A stretch of DNA of 32,000 bases from NCBI RefSeq assembly GCF_000022265.1, contig NC_011979.1, positions 2,610,001 through 2,642,000 of the forward strand, read 5' to 3'. Below are positions 1-6,522 of the stretch, in pieces. Each line of letters opens with the position of its first letter. The stretch's first letter is position 1. The DNA comes from Geotalea daltonii FRC-32 (GTDB lineage Bacteria; Desulfobacterota; Desulfuromonadia; Geobacterales; Geobacteraceae). The notes beneath the pieces are model-generated. The model had not been told where the DNA came from, did not search any database, and saw only the letters and a program-made list of their open reading frames with translations. The translations under genes were made by a program, and so were the position numbers.

Positions 1-199
1 CAGCATTGTTCCCCCTGGGCATTGCAATCTGCCGAAACCGCGTGCATGGCAGGTGATTGGTATCAAGTGGGAGCGGAAGTCCCGATGTGATAATTATATC
101 GATAAAAAGCAGGTTTACACTGATCCGGCCGAGTGCTTCGGGCTTTATTCATCACCCGGATCTGACGGATAGAAATGACTGTTTAGAGCGGGAACATTA

Positions 200-243
200 T
201 CATCCACAGCAATTGTGGATAACTTGCCTTCATCTGTGGATAA
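200..243. promoter_or_regulatory. Cluster of three DnaA-box 9-mers
   Basis: TGTGGATAA, the exact reverse complement of consensus TTATCCACA, occurs at 214-222 and 235-243. TCATCCACA (8/9) at 200-208 forms an inverted pair with the 214-222 box across a 5-bp spacer. The cluster lies in a low-GC non-coding tract, followed by very AT-rich sequence at about 300-460. Confidence 0.5.
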
Positions 244-463
244 GGGTAAAAAAGTATACGTTTCCTCAGGTACTTTTACAGTCTGCACAAGAGATAGGCA
301 GAAGATGTAAGTATTTGAAATTACGTGTCAATATAAATTTGTTATTTTTAAGATTATAATAATATAATGTTAGCGAAGGGTAAGATATGGATATTTACCT
401 GCTTGTGCATAACTACAAGAAAATCAATGAAATAGCGCTTCTTTAAAATCCAAAATCATATAA

Positions 464-778
464 ATGCACGCCAAACGTGCATATATGACCAATTTGGGAT
501 TTCAGAATCCCCCCTCAACCCCGTTCTCTGCATTAAAACCTATGTCTATCTGGTGCAAAGGAAACCGAGAATGCACTCGCTTAGGGGCCGAATCGCTTTC
601 GAACAACAATTTCAAATCGAGGATGCGGATGCTACTGTTTGCAGTAATAGGGTTGCAGAGAAAAATATTGACATCGGCCGAGGTGAAAGGAAACAGGGGA
701 GTTGAAATCAGTCTTGACCAGATGGATGCACTGATCGAGCGGACGATGCAGGTGGCAAGACACAGGAGCGGCCTGTGA
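464..778 (+). CDS. Hypothetical ORF, possibly a gene remnant, translationally coupled to the downstream metallopeptidase
   Basis: Its TGA stop (776-778) overlaps the GTG start (775-777) of the next gene as GTGA. It has low GC, no recognisable motif and an uncertain start (several in-frame Met codons). Confidence 0.2.
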   Translation: MHAKRAYMTNLGFQNPPSTPFSALKPMSIWCKGNRECTRLGAESLSNNNFKSRMRMLLFAVIGLQRKILTSAEVKGNRGVEISLDQMDALIERTMQVARHRSGL

Positions 779-1485
779 ATCTCTCCAGAGGCACCATTAT
801 CCACGGGAAGGACACCATCTGCTTCAATGTCTTATATGTGGCCAGAAAGACGTTGGAAATAGCGGTCCATCCTGACAGCAGAGTGGTGGTGAAGGCTCCA
901 GTCGGCACCCTTTTCGACGAGGTGCAAAAGAGGGTAGTAAAACGTGCAGGGTGGATAAAAAGGCAGTTGGATTACTTTCGGCAATTCGAACCGAGAACGC
1001 CGCCAAGGCGGTATCTGGGGGGAGAGACACACCTGTACCTTGGACGGCATTACCGGCTGAAGGTAGTTAAGGGGGACGAAAATATGGTGAAGCTGGTCCG
1101 GGGCCATATGTGTGTTTCTCTGGCCGAGCCTTCCCCTGAAACGGTGAAGGCACTACTGGATCAATGGTACAGACAAAAAGCAGTAGCTAAATTCAATGAC
1201 AACTTTGACCGATGCTGGCCGTCATTCAAGAAAATACTAGGAGAAAAGCCGAAGATTCAGATTCGGCGGATGAGTAAACGATGGGGAAGCTTGTCCAAAG
1301 GGGGAATTCTTACCCTCAACACCGAGCTGATCCGTGCGCCGAGGGAATGTATCGAGTATGTCATTACCCACGAGTTGTGCCATATGGAGTGCCACGACCA
1401 CAGCTCAGCCTTTTATGATCTACTGGAAAAGGTAATGCCTGACTGGGAAAAGCGAAAGCATAAGCTGGAGTTGGCACTGGTTTAA
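775..1485 (+). CDS. YgjP/DUF45-type (M48-like) zinc metallopeptidase
   Basis: The C-terminal HELCHMECHDHSSAFYDLLEKVMPDWEKRK carries the HExxH signature of the YgjP/DUF45 family. The N-terminal pattern (LEIAVHPDSRVVVKAP) and 236-aa length are typical. Only a GTG start is available. Confidence 0.85.
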   Translation: MNLSRGTIIHGKDTICFNVLYVARKTLEIAVHPDSRVVVKAPVGTLFDEVQKRVVKRAGWIKRQLDYFRQFEPRTPPRRYLGGETHLYLGRHYRLKVVKGDENMVKLVRGHMCVSLAEPSPETVKALLDQWYRQKAVAKFNDNFDRCWPSFKKILGEKPKIQIRRMSKRWGSLSKGGILTLNTELIRAPRECIEYVITHELCHMECHDHSSAFYDLLEKVMPDWEKRKHKLELALV

Positions 1486-1835
1486 TTGGGAGGGGCGCAA
1501 CTTGGACGCAGGGTGGGACAAAACATCCGTTGGTGCAGAAGTTACGCAATACGCAGGCTTATTTTTTGATGAATGACACCAGACCTGATATTGTGAATGA
1601 AGAATATGGCTGGAAGAGCATGCATTCGCTTCAACTTTTCCTTAATAAAAAGAACGCGCTTTGTTTGCCAAGAGCAGGGCTTACTGCAGAAAGGCAGCTT
1701 TATCGGAGCGACTCTGCCGGGTGCGGCGAGCGCTAAGGCAGAACTAAACCCCTTCCACATTGACAAGACCGGCTGCTGTTCGGTACACTCCCCCCAGCAA
1801 AAAAGAACAATCCCCCTGTCTGCCGGAGATCAGAA

Positions 1836-2051
1836 ATGAATGTCAACACGCGGGTGCTGCGCCGGCTTTTGGCCAGCCGCACCGATGAAATCGAAAAAGC
1901 CGTTGCCGGTACCGGTTTTCTGCCGAGAACCGTCATGGGCGTCGCCACCTTTCTCTTGGACAACGAGGGCAACACCGATCTGTTTACTGCAAAGCAGCAG
2001 GAGATCTTCGACAGATTCATCAAGCCCCTACTGGAATCCACCCGCAGATAA
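1836..2051 (+). CDS. Small hypothetical protein (71 aa)
   Basis: GGAGA (1825-1829) lies 6 nt upstream of the ATG. The ORF ends 35 nt before the exonuclease gene. No motif was recognised. The overlapping 162-aa frame (1840-2328) looks like out-of-frame Pro/Arg-rich noise. Confidence 0.4.
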   Translation: MNVNTRVLRRLLASRTDEIEKAVAGTGFLPRTVMGVATFLLDNEGNTDLFTAKQQEIFDRFIKPLLESTRR

Positions 2052-2086
2052 TTGGCTCAAGCTTTCAAAACGAAAACAAGAAAGTG

Positions 2087-3541
2087 ATGGGAGAGAAGGT
2101 GAACCAGCCGCCGCAGCTCTATTTACTGGATGGCTCCAGTTACATCTACCGCGCCTATTATGGCATCCGGGACCTTGCCACTTCTGGCGGCATGCCGACC
2201 AATGCCGTCTTCGGTTTCACCAGGATGCTCCTGACCCTCCTGCAGGAAAACCGCCCCGACTATGTGGCCGTCGTCTTCGACCCTCCCCGGGAGGATACTT
2301 TCCGCCGGGAAATCTATCCCCCTTATAAAGCCCACCGGGACGCCATGCCCGAGGATCTGGTGCCCCAGATTCCCTACATCAGGAAGATGGTGCAGGCCTT
2401 GAATATTCCTGCACTGGAAGCGCCCGGCTTTGAGGCCGACGATGTCATTGCTACCCTGGCGCGGCGCTTTGCCGCGGAAGGAATCCAGGTGACGGTGGTC
2501 ACCGGCGACAAGGATCTGCTGCAGATCGTCGGGGAGGGGATCGGCCTCCTGGACACCATGAACGAAAGGCGTTCCGGAACCGAGGAGGTCCTGGACCGCT
2601 TCGGCGTAACGCCGGAGCAGGTGGCGGATGTGTTGGGACTTGCCGGCGACACCGCGGACAATATCCCGGGGGTTCCCGGCATTGGTGAAAAGACTGCTGC
2701 CAAGCTGGTGCGGCAATTCGGCTCTCTGGAAGGGGTCCTGGAGTGGAAAAGCCTGGTCAGCGGCAAGGCGCGCCGGGAAAACCTACATGCCTGTGCCGAT
2801 CAGGCCCGGTTGTCGAAACGGCTGGCCACGGTCCGCTACGATGTTCCCCTGCAGGTGTCCCTGGTCGACCTGCAACGGCGGACCCCGGACCTCCCGGTTC
2901 TGGTTCCCCTGCTGCGTGAGCTGGGCTTTGCGGCCCTGGAGGTCGCCTTCACCCCGCCGCCAACCGGTGTGGTGGAGCTTTACAGCGACGGTTCGGGAAG
3001 GGACTCGGGGCTTGGCGGCTATGGAGTGATTCTGCGCTATGGAGATCATGAGAAGGAGCTGAGCGGTTTCGAAGCCGCCACCACCTCCCAGCGGATGGAA
3101 CTGATCGCGGCGATCAGGGGGCTGGAAGCATTGCATAGTCCGCGGAAGGTGCACCTTTTCAGCGATTCCCAGTACCTGGTGCGGGGGATGAACGAATGGC
3201 TGCAGGGCTGGATTCGTACCGGACGCCTGGAGACGCCGGACGCCCTGAAAAATCAGGATCTGTGGCAGCAACTGGCACTCCTGTCGGGCAAGCATCAGGT
3301 GACTTGCGAGTGGCTGCCGGGCCATGCCGGGCACCCCTTCAACGAGCGGTGCGACAAGCTGGCGAAACGGGCGGCAGCACAGGGGATAGCGCCCGAAGTA
3401 TCGGCAATTGCTGCAGAGGAGGTAACTAAAGAGGAAACGGTGCTGCCGGTGCCGGCCGCTCCTGTCCAGACGGTGCCGCTTGCGGCTACCGTGGAAACGG
3501 AATACGATGCCGATGCCGATGGTCAGCTGCTGCTCTGCTGA
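2087..3541 (+). CDS. Fusion protein: 5'-3' exonuclease (Pol I N-terminal/FEN-like, with H3TH) plus RNase HI domain
   Basis: N-terminal FEN motifs are LYLLDGSSYIYRAYYG, VVFDPPREDTFRREIYPPYKAHRD, FEADDVIATLA, VVTGDKDLLQIV and GLAGDTADNIPGVPGIGEKTAAKLV. The C-terminal RNase HI domain has all DEDD(H) positions (YSDGSG, SQRMELIAAI, LFSDSQY, GHAGHPFNERCDKLA). ATG at 2087 is preferred over GTG at 2084. Confidence 0.9.
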   Translation: MGEKVNQPPQLYLLDGSSYIYRAYYGIRDLATSGGMPTNAVFGFTRMLLTLLQENRPDYVAVVFDPPREDTFRREIYPPYKAHRDAMPEDLVPQIPYIRKMVQALNIPALEAPGFEADDVIATLARRFAAEGIQVTVVTGDKDLLQIVGEGIGLLDTMNERRSGTEEVLDRFGVTPEQVADVLGLAGDTADNIPGVPGIGEKTAAKLVRQFGSLEGVLEWKSLVSGKARRENLHACADQARLSKRLATVRYDVPLQVSLVDLQRRTPDLPVLVPLLRELGFAALEVAFTPPPTGVVELYSDGSGRDSGLGGYGVILRYGDHEKELSGFEAATTSQRMELIAAIRGLEALHSPRKVHLFSDSQYLVRGMNEWLQGWIRTGRLETPDALKNQDLWQQLALLSGKHQVTCEWLPGHAGHPFNERCDKLAKRAAAQGIAPEVSAIAAEEVTKEETVLPVPAAPVQTVPLAATVETEYDADADGQLLLC

Positions 3542-3764
3542 AAGGCACGGGGTCACATAGCTCAGCCGATAGAGTAGCTGGCTGCCCGAGATTTGTTTTT
3601 CATCCGTTCCACTACTGTTGTCATAAAGACTTTAATCTCCGTATTTCTTCTCCTGAGGCTTTTAATGTTAAAGGCATTGCGCATAAAAAACAATTTATGT
3701 TAATTTCCTTAGACTAGAGGTCACAGATCCGGCCAAAACCAGATCCATATAAGGAGGGGTATTT

Positions 3765-4616
3765 ATGAGGAAAACTGTTTTCGTATCGTTACTGCTTGTC
3801 TCAATGCTGTTTGTCTCGACCCTGGCGTTTGCAAAGGCTGATAAGTGGGGTAACAAGGAAGACCGCTGTGAAAAGTGCCATAGCGAGAAGCAAAACGCTC
3901 TGACCGCTGCAAGCGCGGTAACCACCAATAGCCTGATGGCTGCGGAGGCAACGGTAGCGGTGGTCAACAGCCACAAGACTTCGGCACCAATTCCGTCGTC
4001 AATGAAGCAGCAGATGATCACCTGGCTGACCGCGAACAACCTGCCGCTACCGGCCGACCCTGCCGTCAACTGGTCCATGTCCTGCAATACATGTCACGTC
4101 GTGCATGGTACCAACCCGCGGGTCTATCCAGGGCTCTTGCGTTATAACCTGCTCAATGGCGAACTCTGCCAGATGTGCCATGGCGGAACCATCAACACTG
4201 CCATCAACTGGACCACCCCCGAGGCCCGCCGGGTCCTCTATGCCCCCAGTAATCCGGGAAAACTTCAGGCAGACGGTATCACCGAAATTGTACCTCCGGC
4301 CGCGCCCAAATACGCCCAGACGGTCCGCGGTACCGTCAACTTCCCCCTTACCGCCTTCACCGGCATTCACTCGGGTAGAGTCACCGCTGATCTGGCGTAT
4401 AAAGTCACCATTCCAGGGTCGATCTTCGGCGAGCGGATCGTTTCGCCCGCCAGCCACATGAGCTGGCAGTTCGAGCCTGAAATGATCACCTGGGATACGA
4501 CTCTGGAGGCCAACCGCCCCTACATTGTCGTCATAACCCCTTTCACACCGTCAACATCCGTTGAGGCAACACCGGTCGTCCTCTCGGTATTAGTCGACAA
4601 TACGACAGCGCCATAA
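3765..4616 (+). CDS. Secreted trihaem c-type cytochrome with a C-terminal Ig-like/beta-rich domain
   Basis: It has a signal peptide (MRKTVFVSLLLVSMLFVSTLAFA) and three CxxCH motifs (CEKCH, CNTCH, CQMCH). A strong RBS, AAGGAGGGG, precedes the ATG. Confidence 0.85.
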   Translation: MRKTVFVSLLLVSMLFVSTLAFAKADKWGNKEDRCEKCHSEKQNALTAASAVTTNSLMAAEATVAVVNSHKTSAPIPSSMKQQMITWLTANNLPLPADPAVNWSMSCNTCHVVHGTNPRVYPGLLRYNLLNGELCQMCHGGTINTAINWTTPEARRVLYAPSNPGKLQADGITEIVPPAAPKYAQTVRGTVNFPLTAFTGIHSGRVTADLAYKVTIPGSIFGERIVSPASHMSWQFEPEMITWDTTLEANRPYIVVITPFTPSTSVEATPVVLSVLVDNTTAP

Positions 4617-4627
4617 TGTACTGCCAC

Positions 4628-4660
4628 GGCGGAGCAGACGGACCTGTTGTCTGCTCCGCC
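4628..4660. terminator. 12-bp perfect hairpin between convergent genes, with no U-tract
   Basis: GGCGGAGCAGAC (4628-4639) pairs with GTCTGCTCCGCC (4649-4660) across a 9-nt loop. It lies between the cytochrome stop (4616) and the minus-strand gene end (4753). Neither strand has a T-run. Confidence 0.4.
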
Positions 4661-4752
4661 GGATCAGCTCATGGAACTCTTTCCGGACCAGCCGGTATTT
4701 TCCGGCTCTTGACCAGGGACGCCGACCATAACTGAACCAGCGCCCTTTTTCC

Positions 4753-5433
4753 CTACTTTCGTTGCCAAGGTGTCAGAACGTCCTTTACATTCATGCCGAG
4801 AAGTGAAGCTATCTCGCGAAAGAGGGGGAGTCCGAGCCCTAAGACGATAATCCATTTTCCTATCTTCGGCAGGTTGGAGAGGAGAAAGAAAGGGATCATC
4901 ACCCACATGGAATCGGTTTCCACAACCTTTTGCAGGGCAAGGAACGTTCCGCCGACGAACATGCCATAGATGCTTTCCAGGATGCCCCAAAGCATCAATG
5001 CGACGGAGAGCAATACGAATCGCAGCAGAAGTAGCATGAGCCGCTCCCCTTTGACCAGGGGAGTAACAAGCTCGTGCGACATTCCTCCCGCTTCTGCCGC
5101 TTGCATCAGATCCCTTTCCTTGTCCTGTATCTCCAATTCGGTTTTTCTTGCTTCCAAACCGGTTTTGCGTATCAAGACGATGGAGTAGACCAGGCCGACA
5201 ATTCCTGCCGGAATTGCAATGACTCCTGAGACGACCTGCCACCAGTGGGGCTGCCGGGCTGCTTCTTCTGCCGCCAGAACAGCAGTGGGACAGGTCAGTA
5301 TGCCAAGAACGATAATTATGAGTTTTCGCAGCCGATCAGGTGGGCGCGGCAGAGCGGCCGCGCCCATCCTTCCGGCGTTTAACGGGTAGAGGACCCTACC
5401 CTTATGAATTCCAGAGCATTTGCTCAAGCACAT
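4753..5433 (-). CDS. Integral membrane protein, function unknown
   Basis: It has several hydrophobic helices (IIIVLGILTCPTAVLAA, VVSGVIAIPAGIVGLVYSIVLI, LLLLRFVLLSVALMLWGIL, WIIVLGLGLPLF). It lies 15 nt downstream of the lipoprotein gene on the same strand. The start is uncertain; Met at 5367 is an alternative. Confidence 0.6.
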   Translation of the reverse strand: MCLSKCSGIHKGRVLYPLNAGRMGAAALPRPPDRLRKLIIIVLGILTCPTAVLAAEEAARQPHWWQVVSGVIAIPAGIVGLVYSIVLIRKTGLEARKTELEIQDKERDLMQAAEAGGMSHELVTPLVKGERLMLLLLRFVLLSVALMLWGILESIYGMFVGGTFLALQKVVETDSMWVMIPFFLLSNLPKIGKWIIVLGLGLPLFREIASLLGMNVKDVLTPWQRK

Positions 5434-5448
5434 TGCTTTGTGATACCG

Positions 5449-6123
5449 TTATTGCCCGCCAGCCGCGGCCCCACTACCTTCGCGAGCCATCTCGGACATT
5501 ACCCGTTCCATTGCGGTTATGACAGGCTCTGCCGTATCCTTAAGCCTTCCACCATCACTAAGTGCCTTCTGGGCGGCAGGAGTAATTGATTCGATTCCTT
5601 TGTTGGTGAGGTCGAGTGAAAGCTGAGTCTGTATCTGTTTGATTTGGGACAGGTAGCCATTGAGCGCATCCTGAAATTGCGTGCTCGCCTTGGGTACTTC
5701 GCTATAAGCGCTGTTCAACGCGGCACGGCGCTGGCCGCTGGCCTCTCTAAGACTAGGATCGGTGTAGGTTCTTTCTTTCTTCTCCCATTCGGCTAGATAT
5801 TCCCTTTGTTGTTCCTGCATTTTAGATTGGTCTTTCTCCAATTGTTTTGCCATCTTGTCCATCTTTTCCACATCGGCTGAATAGGCATCGAATTTGTTCT
5901 TTACATCGGCCTGACCCGGCTCGATGAGGCTATCCAGCGAAGCCTGAGTTGCGTCCACCTGCGCAAGAGTTTGTTTCAAACCGGTTTCTGCGGCTTGTAC
6001 CTTGGTGGTTGTCTTTGCGGCTTCGCCTTTTCCCATTCCCATCGTTGCGCAGCCGTTCAAATAGGCAGTGCTGCCGAGGAGCAGTGTTGTGACGATGATT
6101 CCGAACCGAGTTTTGACTTTCAT
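5449..6123 (-). CDS. Coiled-coil lipoprotein, possibly DUF2959-like
   Basis: It has a signal peptide with a lipobox (LLGSTAYLNGC). The mature part is Gln/Lys/Glu-rich and alpha-helical. The DUF2959 resemblance (REYLAEWEKKERTYTDPSLREAS) is from memory only. Confidence 0.75.
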   Translation of the reverse strand: MKVKTRFGIIVTTLLLGSTAYLNGCATMGMGKGEAAKTTTKVQAAETGLKQTLAQVDATQASLDSLIEPGQADVKNKFDAYSADVEKMDKMAKQLEKDQSKMQEQQREYLAEWEKKERTYTDPSLREASGQRRAALNSAYSEVPKASTQFQDALNGYLSQIKQIQTQLSLDLTNKGIESITPAAQKALSDGGRLKDTAEPVITAMERVMSEMAREGSGAAAGGQ

Positions 6124-6442
6124 TGTGACCTCCCTTTTTGTGATTGTGGCGGTGGTTGATGCAATGAACGCGGCCCATGTGATGCTTTAATCGAAATATT
6201 GTCTGAATTAATTGTAATTAATTATACTTTAGCATCATGGGAGCCGTCTGCAACATTTCGGACTGGAGTAATGACTTGCATGAAGGACGAAAGGCCTTGC
6301 AATCGGACCTTGAACCTTTTGCTGTTCCATTATGGCCTTCCCTTTATTACCGGTTAATCGGGATTCCGCTTCTTCCCATCCTTTAGTGTACTAATGCCCA
6401 TCTCCTTATTATTTGGACGTAAAGAATTTATTAATAAATTAC

Positions 6443-6471
6443 TTGAAATTAGTAATCCTTTTTGTTATCAA
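6443..6471 (+). promoter_or_regulatory. Candidate sigma-70 promoter for the surface-protein gene
   Basis: TTGAAA (6443-6448), a 17-nt spacer, then TATCAA (6466-6471). It lies about 50 nt upstream of the ATG at 6523. Confidence 0.3.
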
Positions 6472-6522
6472 GGGGGGCGGTGTTATTGCCTATTTCTTAA
6501 TGAACACACGGAGGAAACACTG

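Noticed and set aside
1-47. Possible 5' end of a minus-strand gene leaving the window (ATG at 47-45 or 22-20)
   Set aside because: Only 7-15 codons are visible, with no RBS and no recognisable sequence. It cannot be supported.
57-359. 100-aa plus-strand ORF at the window start
   Set aside because: It spans the DnaA-box and AT-rich non-coding tract, has no RBS and has unusual composition. It is most likely non-coding.
1486-1835. Short ORFs 1530-1736 (+), 1597-1839 (+), 1542-1766 (-) and 1733-2041 (-)
   Set aside because: They overlap one another, and none has an RBS or motif. The region is treated as non-coding or decayed sequence. A weak TTGACA at 1760-1765 lacks a good -10 element.
2783-3556. 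257-aa minus-strand ORF, plus 2123-2716 and 2374-2766
   Set aside because: All are antisense shadow ORFs inside the FEN/RNase HI gene. They are Arg/Pro/Gly-rich with no RBS or motifs.
3660-3764. Looked for a GEMM-type riboswitch or sigma-54 promoter upstream of the trihaem cytochrome; also checked TGGAGT-N6-TTGCA at about 6270-6290
   Set aside because: No GG-N10-GC element with correct spacing was found. The 6270-6290 candidate is off by one nucleotide. No GEMM core motifs are present.
4664-5242. 192-aa minus-strand ORF overlapping the membrane-protein gene in another frame
   Set aside because: Its product is Arg/Gly/Ser-rich and non-hydrophobic. The alternative frame (4753-5433) encodes coherent TM helices.
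6394-6522. N-terminal 43-codon extension of the surface-protein ORF
   Set aside because: It lies in an AT-rich promoter-like region with no RBS. The internal ATG at 6523 has GGAGGA upstream and is followed immediately by a signal peptide.
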